Source: Blasia pusilla
Lineage: Eukaryota
Assembly (NCBI GenBank): GCA_050084515.1
Contig: CM114271.1
Coordinates: 49,786,001-49,850,000, forward strand
DNA length: 64,000 nucleotides
Direction: 5' to 3'
The notes under the pieces are model-generated. The model made no database searches and was not told where the DNA came from. It saw only the letters and a list, made by a program, of their open reading frames with translations. Below are positions 1 to 13,584 of the stretch, one piece after another (position 1 is the stretch's first letter; the number at the start of each line of letters is the position of its first letter). The position numbers were made by a program, and so were the translations under genes.

Positions 1-47
1 GGTCATGGTAGAGCTGTACATTATTGTGATAAATGTTTGAATGGCAG

Positions 48-3000
48 GCACGAAAAGACACCACACAGGTGGTGGCAAATTTGCAAAGGCAACAGGTGCA
101 GTCACGTCTCATTGCATGTGACTATCTGGAAACAAACAAGGATCTACTAAATCTGCTTGTGTCTGGGTAAGGCATACATTTGTTGTCTATTACTGGGAAT
201 CTGCTCGGAAGGAAGATATTCTTTTCAAGTTTGCCTAGAAAAAAAAATCGAGGACAAAGAGTTCTGAGTTGCACTTATTAATTATGACAGCTCCTCCTAG
301 ATGCAAACTGAGAAGCCGTGAGAATTCCTGCAATGCCCTGAATATCTTTCTAATGTGTGGTGAGGCATTAGTCAGGGCTAGTTGTTGTGACTGGCTGCAT
401 TAAGCTAGTGACATCCCTTGGGACTGGTGGGTATCTCAGGACTTGAAAATGGGATCTCGTATCTTAACTGACTAAATCCGGTTCGCAACCTCAGATATGA
501 GAATCCGGAGATCGCGCTACACTATGGAACAATGCTGCGTGAGTGTATTCGTCATCAAAGCATAGCCCGGTATGAGTTTTTTTTTGTGTCAGCGTGGGAG
601 GTCATAGATACTGTTTGTGTAGATAGGAAAGGACACTGCACTCACTCCAAGTTCAAAGCAGGTTGCACAGTTGCATTGAAGCTGTTCTTTGGACTAAAAG
701 CTTTGGTAGTCATCATTCTATTGTGCCGTGGGAGGGGAAGAGGCTTTCATTATTTTCCAAAGGATTGTTATGTGATTGAAGATTGATTTATGAATAGAAA
801 GTATAGCTTGGGCATAACATGCTGTTTCTTGACAGAGCCTGATGACTCGCTCCTCAGGTCTGTCTTGGAATCTGGTTGCGTGTCGAAATTCTTCAAATAT
901 GTAGAACTTCCAAATTTTGATGTTGCATCCGATGCAGCTGCAACATTTAAGGTGGACCGCTGATCTGACATTACTCCTTCGTGAATTGATCCTGATAATT
1001 TACTGGATTCTTGGAGCTATTAGATGCCAGTGCAGTGGTGTGTTCTGAGCTATGCAGTTTCTGACAACAGGGTGGTTTAGGGTTTTGTAAGAGGAAGTTG
1101 TTCCATCTTTAGCAATCAAATCCATTCTCGTTTGGGTCTGTTTGATGCAGGAGCTGTTGACAAGACACAAATCAACAGTTGCTGAGTATTTTTCCAAGAA
1201 TTATGATTGGGTAATTATGTCTATCTTGCATTTTACTCATGCAGAAGTGAGGAGTGACAGGGATGTGGAACTACATTGGGTGACTCCAATGGATGTGCCT
1301 TTGATTATTGACTACGATTTTGGCCCCTTTTTTTTGTATGAGACAGATACGGTATGGATCTGTCTGACACTATCTAGGATAGTGTTGAAGGTTGGTGCAA
1401 CAATCAAAGGCAATAAGTTTCTTTATACCACATGATGCTGCAATCTCAAGGCTCTGTTCTAGTCTGAATACTTCTGAAGATTCGTAATGGAAGGAATTCA
1501 GACGAGCCTTACTTGGTTGCTTCTCCTTACTTTTTGGCAGCTGTTGTGAATGCCAAGATGATTTTTTTAACCTAATTTTCTTTTCAGTGCAGAGTATCAT
1601 CTACTGCCTAGAGAGAAGTTGATGAGAAACCTTTTCTATTGATGTAAAATTTCCAACTTTGTGTGGTAGGAGTCTGTTGCTCACAGCAGTTCCTTTTCTC
1701 GGTGTTGGGCAGTTCTTTTCTGAGTACAACAGCAAACTCTTGGAGTCTCCTAATTATATCACCAAGCGACAAGCTGTGAAGGTTTGGATGTCTCTTTCTG
1801 TTAGAATAGTCTCTTATGGTATATGAAGTACAGTCCTCATTCAGAATCGTCTTGCACTGTCTTTCTGTCTTGGGTGTTACAGCGCGCACTGCAGGAGGCG
1901 TGTCTGAACTAGCTCCAAGTCTAATGAACTTTATTTTTTGGGGAACAGCTCTGAAGTGAATTATATCTACAATATATGACCTTATGGTTGCAAGATACTG
2001 GACGATTTCCACTTGGGTTCTATATGCAGTGCACTGTAGTTTTGCTGTCTTTAATCTGCAAGTTGGTTACCAGTAAAGCACAAAGTTGCATACTCCAGCT
2101 AGTCAATCTTTTGTTGTGGAGTTATTCAATCACTTTCTGATTACTTTTGTTCATTGATCGAATCCTGCAACCTTATCGATTGTCATTCTACATTTTACTC
2201 AAGCTGTCGTAGTTTTTCTGTCCAGGATGTTGTGAATTAAAACGTGGAGAAAATAGTGCTTGTTTTACATTCCATTCTAGTAAATATAGGAGAGTTTTGT
2301 AGTTCAATTGGATTATAAGAGGTCCAACAGATGGTTGTCTGTTGCAGCTTCTGGGTGACATGCTGCTAGATCGATCAAATGTAACAGTGATGATGCGCTA
2401 CATCAGCTCCAAGGAGAATCTCATCATTTTGATGAACTTACTCCGGGTTTGCATCTCGACTTTGTTCTTCTGTTCCTTTTGAGTTTACCTGAGTACGATA
2501 CAGAAGGTTTTTTCAGGTGGTCACATTGGTTTCCCAGTCCTTGCAAAAGGTGTATCAATCCTCCAAGATAGGTCCTTCAAGGTGTCTTCTGAGATAGAGC
2601 AGGAAGTATGGCCTATGGTTGGATAGGCATATCCCTCAGGGCATTTGCTTTCTACTGCGAGCAAGTTATTCAACACTTGAACACCTTTAGTACCTTACAT
2701 GGGGATGGATTCTAAAGCTCCTCCCTCAGCTGGTCTCACTGTTCAAGAAGCTAGTACCAGACAAATGGTGTCGTATGATGGTTTTAAAGAGACTTTTGTT
2801 CAAGGTCCTTCTAGATTTGTGGTGGAGCTGAAAGGTTCGATTTATTCTGTCCTAGATATGGGCTTTTACTGTGTACCTGCGAATTTGTGCAGGATCCAAG
2901 TAAAAACATCCAGATAGAAGCATTCCATGTTTTCAAGGTGAGGATTTGGATTCTGGCTTTTGTATTGGTAGTGGGACTAGGTGGACTTGCCCCTTGGTTT

Positions 3001-3764
3001 GTGAGAGCAAGTTCAAGGTCGATGGTTTCTGTTGTTCCTGGCCATCTTCCTATCTAGTATCACAAAGTTTCCAGTTGAAGGGTTAGCAAGCATTCGAGTC
3101 AACACTTCAGTATCCAACTGGGAGTAGTTCGATACTGAAGGTGCAGTAAGCTGATGGAGAAGTCTGTGGATTAAGACTTGATTGATATGTGGTATGTTGT
3201 ATTGAAGACACAATTTTTGAATTCTGTCTTGCAGGTGTTTGTGGCAAATGGAAACAAACCTCCTGAGATTGTGAATATTCTTCAAGCAAATCGCCCCAAG
3301 TTGGTCCGGTTTTTAACTGACTTCAAGACTGACAAAGGTTGGTCGCATGGGTCCTCTCTTGTTGGTGTGAAAGTCGATGGTTAAAGCCTTCTCCGTTTCT
3401 ATGGACTCCTAATGTGGGTCTTGCTAGGACTCGACTCTCAACCTGGGGAGTTGCATACCAAATTGTAGAATGCCAGCAGGCAGTTTTGGTTGACTGGTTT
3501 GTCTCTTTTCGTGTATTTGGGAGGATGATCTCATGAATCCTGAAGTTGGGTTTGCAAGAGTGACGCGTTCAAAAGGGCATCTTGTTACGGTGCTACAGAT
3601 AATCACTGTGGAAAATCTGTCTTAGAATGTCACACAATTGGTCTAGAATGCCTAGGATCTTCTTTGACACGATCTGGTGTTTCTTATCTGCAGAGGACGA
3701 GCAATTTGATCAAGACAAAGCTCAAGTATTGAGGGAGATAGAGAGTCTGAGAAGTCCGAGTTGA
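48..3764 (+). CDS. MO25: MO25/CAB39-like protein, 5' part outside window; exons 48-166, 495-569, 858-951, 1151-1210, 1713-1781, 2348-2446, 2893-2937, 3235-3337, 3694-3764
   Basis: Exons bounded by AG/GT join in frame to give [28 protein letters not shown]...[26 protein letters not shown]...[75 protein letters not shown]...[17 protein letters not shown]...[23 protein letters not shown], the typical plant MO25 sequence. Confidence 0.95.
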
Positions 3765-6706
3765 TAAAGCAGCTCGCAGTTAGCAAGCTGTGATGAAATC
3801 TTTCGCTTCTGGTGCCACTATTGCCAGGGCTGTTTCAGTGAATTGCTGATATTTTATGTACATCTGGTATTGGTTTTGCTAATCGAATATGGAATATTTT
3901 AGTCTTAGGGATAGGGTTAGATCAAGATCCCCATTGTGATCTGCTACAGGTGTTGCTCAAGCTAACACCATGGGTCAACAGCATGTCCCTCAGGCTTATC
4001 AGCGATAGTCACTCCATTTACTGGGTCTTGTTTGCAGAGATATAATGGACCAACCATTTTTTGGTCCATGGCAGAGCTGAAAGTTTCAAAATTTGATGAT
4101 GAGCTATAGGTCGGCCAGGATAACGTGCACCCTGTCAGGGCAGGAACTGTAATATGGGAATGACTGGCTTGTGGCAGCAAATGGAACACGGCCTGTCTTC
4201 TTGGAATGCGATCATCTTTGATCAAAACCTGAAGTGCTGAATGATGGCTACTGGCTCTACAAAATACCAAGTCCCACTTTGAGGGCTTGGCGAATTTCTA
4301 TGTGTTGAAGGAAGTGGGATTCTTGCAGATGAAAGGCAACGGAGCAGGTGTACCAAAATCTCATCCCTTGCTCATCGGCTTCTGTTAGATGCTGTAAGCA
4401 TCATTACGGCATCAAGTGTACAGTTGCTATGGTAACACATGTGCTTTACTGTGAGCTTTAACCATGAAAAGGAGTGTTGGCCACTGCCTTCTTGAAATTT
4501 CAAAGGAAGCTGTACTTTTCTGTCTATCATCATTCAAAGATTTACTGTCAGATGGCATAAGTTTTGGGTTTCTTCTTCTCTGCCTAGTAAACTGCTGGAA
4601 GGAAAGGTACTGCGTAGTGTACAATTGTTGCTGCAACACTAGGATTATTGGGATCTTTTGACAATCCAAACGGATGGAATGTAATGATCATGGTTTCGTG
4701 AAATTGGAGAAGGGAAGTTTTTGTCACTGAGCTTAAGTCCACATTATCACATGTCAAGGGTGCAGGGATGACCGGGAGTTGTCAATGTAAGAAAGCTGTA
4801 CAATTTCGTTGGAGAAGCCACCCAAAGAAATCAGCGACTTGGTTGTGGATGTCCGCACGGAACTCGACATCAGAGTGACTATGTGGTATTCTGCCGACTT
4901 TGTAGCCCCGTGATCGAGTCAGGATCCAGTTCTGGCCAGCGGTCACTCCCTGTCTCAAGCAGGGAATTCCTCGGCCCATTAGTGATAAGTGCCGAGGTTT
5001 TTGCCTTACGTGCGAGACTTTTGTTCAGAGTCCGATCTGGACTCCATTGGCGAGAAGTTCCTCGGCCTCTTCATAGCACTGCTATCTCAAATCCAACTCC
5101 AGCGAATGATCGATCAGGCCTCCGCTGTCTTACGTTTCTTGCGGAATCTCACGACGCAGTGGCCAACGCCGGTGGAAGGTAGACATCAGCTCAAGACGTG
5201 GTCGATTCCTTCTCCCTCGTGTAGGTATGCTTGCGGACATCGCTGAATTGTACTGAACAGGCTTCTGCACTCCGGCATGCGAGCATGCACAAGGTTGAAG
5301 GTTACTCGTCTAGCTTCAACGATGGAAACGAGACCATGGTCGAGCGACTTATTGAAACTTACTCATCCAATTGAAAGAAGGAAATTTAGAAAGTTACTCG
5401 CATCTGTCCTACACTAGACAAGAGAGTTTACACCATCCGTCATCACCAAGTCTTCCAATTTGCCAGCTGAAATTCACGACACAATTCATTCATGAGCGAT
5501 GACAACGTCTGTGTCATTTGGCTCGATGTACATGGAAAGCCAGACACTGAAACCGTGGACCAGAAATTTCCTTCACGATAAAGAATCACCAATTCTATAG
5601 AAACGCCCGATACGCTTGGCCACTATTCAAGTCGTACACAATTTGTGCAGACAGAAAATTTCTCATTTGAAATTGTGGGAATAGAAACCAAGGTGCACGG
5701 CGTTTACACCAGTCCATCGTTACGTGGTTTCGAATTCCGCAGGCTGAGTTCGGCCTCAAGGTCCGTGCTCAACGTAGAGAAAGTTGGGAACTTTTCGTGC
5801 ATTTAAACAAGCGAATACATAGGGCGTGGACGAGAGAGATTCCAGCGTCTTGTCATCAGCACAACTCTGGAATGACTAATCTTGTCCACAAGTATCGTAC
5901 AAAGGCAGATATGATTCACACATAATAGTTCTTTATTCCGGAAATTTAATAACTGTTAGTGACACTTTGGACGTGTGCTAGTGCTGTCTGGTCCAGAAAG
6001 CTCTAGATTACCCACAATTGGTTGCTCCATAAATCCTGTCTACCAAAAGCCTGGAAATTAGCAAATAAATCGGGTAATCGAATCCATACCACGGTCAACT
6101 GGCGAAGTCACACTCTCTAATGATTCCATGTCAAATTATCGTAAAGTGCACTTCTTACGTACAAACCTCTTGCGTTCATATTCGAAGATCTTTTCCCTCC
6201 CACAATTACAACATATTTTTGCATCATTTTGTTCTTCTGAAACATTTTCGAATTATTTGGTGAATTTTCTTCCCAGGCATGACATGGATGGCAAATAACA
6301 TCAAAGAGTTTATCACGGAGATATCTGACACCACTTAGAGCCAGATTCCATGGGGTCACGCACAATTCTTTCAAGCAAATACCACAAGAACCCATTTAAC
6401 CATCTGACAACATAGCTGGAGGCGATGTACAATCCGATTTTCCAACTAAGAGGGTTGCCTGTGCTGAAAAGTTGTGGGCGCAGGAAATTAGGCAACGACA
6501 TTACCAGAAGTTTGTTCAACTTTACTGAAAGGAATGGCTTCCGGAAAACACTGAGGAGGTAATTCAGCAGATGAATCATGGCTCATAATAGAGTAAGACA
6601 TACAGGCACTAAACTCCACTGCCAAACATTTCTATGGACACTGCGGATGACAACTCACAAGATGGGCCGTTAATTGCAATCATTGCGTTTTATATTCCTG
6701 ACTATG

Positions 6707-8977
6707 CTAGGATATATGAATGGAAGATGGACCCATTGCTGCAGCTCCATGTTGGGCACGATGTGATTCTTCTCTGTAACAAAGCTTCATAGCTTTTTTC
6801 CCAGCACGAGCTTGGCGCCGTTCTTCTTTGATTGCAGCCTGCAGATGATTCAAGCCACATCAGATTAAGGATGTGGCTCAAATTTCATGAAAATCAGATC
6901 TCTTTCTGCATTCGTATAATATCCAACGGTTCTTTGACACACCAAGGGACATGAGCAGAAAGAGAGATAATAACTCACCTTTCGGACTTTTTTCTCCTCT
7001 GGTGTCTCACCCGTGCGGGTTGCCACTACTCTCACAGGAGCAGTTCTACCAGCAGACTTATCACTCGCCTTGGTGGCGCCATTAGCTCTCGAGGGTAGAT
7101 AGTCTACTGGTAAGTGCTGTTTTCCAGCCAACCGAATGATACCATCCTTAGCCTTCTCCATTTCCTGAACCTTAATTCTTGGCTTGTACCCCGGCACACT
7201 AATTTTAGCAGGATGGTTATCAAAGTTCGAAAAGGTAGAAACTACAGTTTCACAATCCCAGTGATCCTTCTCCTCCTCACTTTCCTCGAGGAACACTTCC
7301 TTATCTGAATCACTTCTATATTCTAAAGTCTTCTTCACCACAGCGTCATCGACGCCCTTGGCAATAATCATACTACTGTCGTCCTTTTTGGACCCGTCCC
7401 ACCTAATTGCAATAGTATTTTCCAGCGACGGAAAGACGGTCAAGTCCTTCTTGTATTCATCAGCTGGGGTTTCATATCTCTCTTTGAAGTAAGTCTTGTC
7501 AGTCAGGAAGTCGGAAAGCACGTTACTGAACTGTGAAATGTCCGCATGACCTCTCGTTGTGGGATCATCCTCGTCTAGCTCACCGAACTCATAGTCATCA
7601 TACTCGCGCATTGCCAACTGCAGAACATATCAAGTGACGATAAAGACACAAGATTAGTGATCAGGCACTTCACAACTCCTACAAAGAAAGAATGTAAGCT
7701 ACAGAGACTAGTGTACTGGAATGCGAAGGTATTCCTCCCAGCTACTAGAAATTGTGGTATGATGTAGAGGGTTTTAGGTCTCAAGTGGACGACAGTCATG
7801 AATCGCGTACACAGGCGAATTGCGCGAAGAATTTCTACTTCGTCCATCTTCGATCCGGAATTCTTCCACCTAAATTCTGTAATTTCCTAATGAGGCGAAT
7901 GCGAATTCTAAACTAGGGACATTGCCACTGACATACCGTCTCAAATTGCTCGTCCAGAAGACGTGCAGGCCTCGCTCTTTCACTCTCGGCCCTCTCATGC
8001 AAATGAAAATCCTCATCGTCCGACGCCTCCTCGTACTCCAATCCCTGTTGCAATCTCTGCTTCCGATTCAATCCTCCATCTTGAGGACGATCACTCGTGG
8101 ATGTTTCATTGAGGTGGTTAGCTCTATCATCGACTCCTTCATTAGCAAGGATGACAAATTCATCATCGAGTTCATCTGCTGAATCAAACTGTGATCCATC
8201 GCTGTTTTCGAGAGCAGCGATAATATCAGCGTCCAGTACACCTTCCTTCGATAGTGGCTTCCTGATGGGGCGGATGCTCGAATTGACGAGCTCAAGTGCA
8301 TTCGATGGGACAGCCTGACTTACTTCCTCTATTGCACGAACCTCAACCTTCGACGCATCGTATGCCTGCCCCGAATAGAACCAGATGATAAGCTCCATGA
8401 AAATGTTTAGGGCGCAATCGCCAGAAAGAAAACACTACCGAAAATCTATAATCATGGGATACAACATCTTTACGAGAGGCACCTTGACATCAGCACGCAG
8501 AGAGTCTAGTTGATTCCGAACGGATGGAACGAACGCCGCACCGACGCCCGCGGTACCGATCTTGCGCATGTGCTGCATGTAATCATAGCCATCGTCAGGA
8601 TATCCCAACTCTATCAATTCTCGTCTGACAGAGTCTGGAAGAGCTCCGCTCTGTCCTCTCGTCCTTCCACTCGCAATCGGGGCTTGCTGCGGCGCCCGTC
8701 GCACGATTTCCTCCTCACCACTCTCGTCGGCATCTTCAAACCTGGAATCTCCATCTTCATCCTCCGCATAGCTGCCGTCCTCCGACTCTCCTTCATAATC
8801 GGCCTCTCTCAGTGATCGCGGATCGTCTTCCGAGAAACCCTTCACGTAACTGTCTCCGCCATCGACCCGAGTGAAAATTCGGGGGGGCGCCACAGAGTCA
8901 TCATCCGCCTCCGACTCGCGGTACACTAACGTGAATGTCGCGGACTTCTTCTTGTCGATGAATTTCTTCTTTCCCAT
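6707..8977 (-). CDS. LTV1: LTV1 homolog (40S ribosome biogenesis factor); exons 8977-8483, 8365-7937, 7617-6979, 6838-6707
   Basis: N-terminus MGKKKFIDKKKSATFTLVYR, then ELGYPDDGYDYMQHMRKIG, RLLDEQFE, WDCETVVSTFSNFDNHP and C-terminal ETPEEKKVRKAAIKEERRQAR; all LTV1 motifs. Canonical splice sites; stop TAG at 6709-6707. Confidence 0.93.
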
Positions 8978-9344
8978 AGCTCCAATTCGTCGACCTCACG
9001 AGACTGCTAAAACCCACAGGTAGACTGAGTCCCAAAACCTGAAAGAGCAAGCAATCTTCGACGCTAGGGTTAGGTCTGCATACTCCGTGTGGAGATTTCC
9101 TTCTCTCCTCACGATTTCCACTGTCACACACCCACAAGTTGGGCTCTCGACGGGAAGACGACGGCGACGGCAGCGTCACTTCGGCGGTGGAAGGAGAAGT
9201 TTAGGGTGTTTAGATTTTAAAAACTAGAATAATTAAAATTAGAAATATCAAGAAGAATAAATTCATATATTTCAAGATTAGTATGAATTTTTTATATGTA
9301 TTAGTAAGGTCCGATGCAAAAAAATAAAAAATTATATGAAAAAT

Positions 9345-9999
9345 TAATATATAATCCGTGAAAGGAAGAAATTTTTTTTTTTTGTTGTCCATAGCATGTG
9401 AAACATTTTTTAACTTGTCAGTTATCATGTGTCAAACATAGAGGTGTTTGCAAATCAATAAAAATTTTATTTTATGATAATGTAAAATAAGAAACATGGA
9501 AAGTATATTCTTAAGCCTTGCCCAATCATCCTCCATGGAATATTTTCTTTATATTCTAGTGTGTTTCCCATGCCATGGAAGGGAAAAACAAATTGCCCAT
9601 ATGTTCGCTTGTCTTTTCATTCTTAGCTCACCTACCCCCAATTTAATTCTCTTAATTAAATTGTAACATGTTAGCTGAAGAGGAGGTCTCAAAGGATAAG
9701 TGTCAACTCCAAGAGGAGGGCTTTTGTAACCACATAATCTTATAATAGTATAGATATTTAGTCAGTGCTCGTGCCACGCAAGGAAGGTAAGGAAGAGTCC
9801 TCCTTACACCATTTCTCTATATTAGGCAAATCGAATTAAGTTATTAGAGGGGACAATTGTCAAAGGTAGCACGGGTTAAGGAAGCATCCTCCTTGCACCC
9901 TTTCTCTATGTAAGTTAGATGGAATTAAATTATTAGAGGGGACAATTATCAAATAAGGAGATGTTTATTGATGAGACCTTGCTAATAATAAAATATAGA
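9345..9999 (-). mobile_element. Cluster of short non-autonomous Helitron-like fragments
   Basis: Reverse-strand 5'-end signatures TCTATACTATTATA (ending at 9754) and TCTATATTTTATTATTAG (ending at 9999); degenerate GTGC..GCA hairpin near 9766-9785; ~90-bp tandem duplication at 9787-9953; 9355-9490 resembles 20813-20970. Confidence 0.5.
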
Positions 10000-12900
10000 T
10001 ATATACTATTAAGATGTCCTTTGCACATGTTCTTAAATCTTTTTCAATTTATTTTTGCATATTGTAGGATCACAATTTTTTGTGAAATACACGTGTCGTA
10101 AAGGTAGGGTATTATTAAATCCACATGTAAGCCAAGGGAGGTGTCACCATGGGAGGCCCTCCTCGCCTAATACTATTGATATTATTAGTAAGGGAGGTTA
10201 ATTTTCTGATTAGTAAACATTTATAAAATTAAGATATGCTAATGGGGAAGGAGTAAATTCTTTTGATAGCAAACACATTCATAGTTTTTAAAAAAATCTT
10301 TTGGCAAGATGATTATCGGCTTCTTACATACACAATTGACAATCTATATAAGTGGAAATTTTTGAGGATCATAGAAGTCTACATAAGTCTTCAAATGAGG
10401 TTTCAATGTTTGTGGTGATTGAAGTAGAGTTTCGGGGAAAAAAGATTGGTCATGAACAATTTTAAGCTTGAAAATTTAGGTGTGGAATGAATTATTATGA
10501 TGTTCTAAAAAATGGATGAATAAGGAGAGGTAAAGAAAACATCACAAATACTTACATATATGTGCATCCACACAGATCACAACCTATGTAGATGCATTAG
10601 AGAGCTCTTAAGAATCAATGTGAAATATGAATATGTGTCTTGTTGTGGATCCTCTACAAAAAAAAAACAAAAACAAGAAGTTGTGACTAGTGCCACAATA
10701 TTTACAATGAAGCTCAAGAATATCTATTAGGTCTTGGTAGGGAGGCTATGTGTGAAGTTATGTGTGGAGAGGCCAAGAGTGACGTGCAAGCCTTCCTTGG
10801 TGCACAAGTCAATCTTTGGGAGCTTTCTTGGAACCTTCTTGGCAAGGTTGCACATATATGGAACTTTCCAAAAAGTCTGGATATGCCATCATGCACGATG
10901 GAGTGTAAAATGTAGAGTACCATGTAGGTTGCGTCCCTTCCGCACCCTCTGCCCGTTTCCGACCTGCATCCTTGTCATACACCTCTTGCCTCTCGCGTCA
11001 GTCAGGAATATAGGAGGGATGTAGGCAAGGCAAGCATGGGTACAATATATAAGTGGTTGGGCTTGCATAGACATGCCCATCCCTAGGACAAACATAATGT
11101 GGATTTTGTTTGTGTGGAACTTGTGTAGAGGTTTCTTATAGGTCCTTGATTTGATAGCAAACTTGTGTACGTAACGCACCTTCTTGGAGCTTTGGGGTCC
11201 TTGAGAGGGGTACATCCCAAGAGGAGGCTTGGAGAAGCTCATCTTCCCATAGTTGAGCCTTCCAAGCATAGGCTAGGGCAAGGTGCTTTCGGCATGCATC
11301 AGGCATGGTTTCCCTCAGTTGAGGGTGGGTTTGGCTTGATTATCATTCAATGTAATTGGAGATCAGTATGTTTCCCATCCAATTTTTATTGTGTAACCTC
11401 CTTCTGTGATGGTGTACATATGTTGTGATGATGATGATGGTGTGTGTGTGTGTGTGTGTGAGTGATAATGATGGATGATTTGTAGCGAGGTGTGTGGGCA
11501 CAATAACAGAAGATTGCATTTGATACATGGTCTTTTTCTTTAAGGTTGCAAACTTGATTTGAAAATAAATGCCAACTTTAATTGGCATCAAAGTGTTGTG
11601 CTTAATCCATTTTGAGCTTTATCTCAATAGCAAGGTTACATGCGGGCTTTTCAATGCGGGAACTTTTTTTAGGCCTGTATGATTTACCACATTTTTTGTT
11701 TGGCCATGTTTTAGATGGTGAGCTAAGAAATTGTTAAGGATGCAACTTGAGGGATTAGTGAGCGTAGTTCGGTTTAAAAGAGTGAGAGTGGGAGAATGGC
11801 CAAGGGTTATACTTTGTGCCTTCTTAGGGAGCCAATAAGCATATCTAGAGATTTAGACCCAATTACCCCTTAACTTATTGATCAACCAACCTACGAAACG
11901 TGTGAATAGTTGGGTTTTTTTATATCCAAACCAAGTCTTCTGCTTGTTGGTCTCAAGGCCAAGAACTCTTTACGGAGTAGGCGAGGAGGAGTAGATGTGA
12001 GGCTCTATGACGAAGATGCAAATGCATGTTTTTTAAGTGTAGCTGATAGTGAGAATTTAGATTTAAGAGGATTCAACATTTTAGCGGGGCTTGGCCATTC
12101 TCTACTTCGTAAAGTTTCCCATTTCTTTTGTTCATGTGGTGGATTTGAAGAATTATAATGGAGTCCTTCATAATGATTCACATAGCTCCTTGAGGATGCT
12201 TGACCTTGTGAGAATGAAAATCTACATTATAATGGACGAGCCTATATGGACAATAAGACAAAATATTGGAACATTAAGATAAAATCTCAATATGTTTGAA
12301 TTTTGTCCTTGATTCTAATAGAGTTGAGAAAATGAATTTGAATGGAAGAGGAAAATGTTTTTATTAATGAAGAAATAATAATTTAAATTTAATTAAAGTT
12401 TAATGGGGGATCCTAGGTATAAAATAAGATAAAATAATGTGATAATTATAAAAATAGTCCAAAAAAATCATTTTGTCACTCAATTCCTATTTGGTGGGAA
12501 GGGAAAATAAATTTTAAGGGAGAAGGAATAGATATTATTTAAATTTTATGGATGGGTAGAATTATTTAAGGGAGTGGGGCATGGGGAGTGGAATTACTTT
12601 GAAGTGAGAATTTTTATTCCTATCATAATATTTTTAAAAATGTAATTATATTTAAATTTCAAAATAAAAATCTGATCATAAAAAAATTTATTTAAATTCC
12701 CATTTTCTATTTTGGAATAAATAAATAAATTTAAATGGAAATATAACTAATTTCATTAATTAAATTCATGAATAATTTAATTGGTGGATTTTTTTTAATA
12801 AAAATATTTTATTATTTCAAATTCTACGAAAAATGAAATTATTTCATAAAATTAAGTATTATTAAAATTGAAGAGTAGAATAATTGAAGAGTAAATTGAA

Positions 12901-13584
12901 AAGTGAACTGCTATTACTCTTTTAAGATTTAAGAAAAATGAAATTACGTTTAAATTTTGAAGTGAGAAATATTTATGACCCCATGCTACACTATCTATAG
13001 TCTACTCAATGGTTGCAAAAGAATAGACAAGTCTAGATATGTCCACGGACATGAATTGCAAGAGGTGGGGTCTACACTTATAGTTCATGATGAAAGGTAG
13101 GGCAAGGGCAAGTTGGGCAGTAAGAGGGGGGGTGGAAGGAGGAAGAAATGGGAAAATATGGAACACATAGACAAGTGGGGAGAATGAGAAAGAAGTTTGG
13201 GGTGCGTAGAACATGGAGGGAGGGAGTAACAGTGGGCGATTGGAGGTTCCATAACACCGTGTTATCTATACTATTTTGGATAACACCACATGTATAAAAA
13301 GACAAAATAGTGCTAGAATAAGAAAAAATTGAAATAGTGTATCATTTTGGTGGAAATTTATTTGGGAGGGTATATTATGTCCACGGTCATATGTTTTTTG
13401 GGGAGGGGATAGTCTAGGTGTTAATAGTGACAGTTTTATTTAGTAGTGGGTGATTAACAAGGAGTGGGAGTAGTGGAGAATTTATATGTGGGAGGAGTGA
13501 AATGGGGAATTTATTTATAGAGTGAGGAGTGGGTTGTCTTAAAAGAAACTTGGTCACCCGTGCATAGCAAGGGCAACATACTAG
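10000..13584 (+). mobile_element. Putative non-autonomous Helitron; 3' end clear, 5' end tentative
   Basis: 3' hairpin CCCGTGC-ATA-GCAAGGG (13557-13573) followed by CTAG (13581-13584) and T. Candidate 5' end TATATACTATTAAG at 10000 has TA in place of TC. Interior is AT-rich with no credible ORF. Confidence 0.45.
11424..11460. repeat. Compound microsatellite (GAT)n-(GT)n
   Basis: gatgatgatgatg directly followed by a gt run. Confidence 0.9.

Noticed and set aside
4780-5300. Coding-like stretch between MO25 and LTV1 (e.g. FLPYVRDFCSESDLDSIGEKFLGLF)
   Set aside because: No recognisable family, start codon or splice structure. It may be a pseudogene fragment but cannot be supported without a search.
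9060-9215. Telo-box-like TAGGGT motifs upstream of LTV1
   Set aside because: They do not match the full AAACCCTA consensus, so too weak to call.
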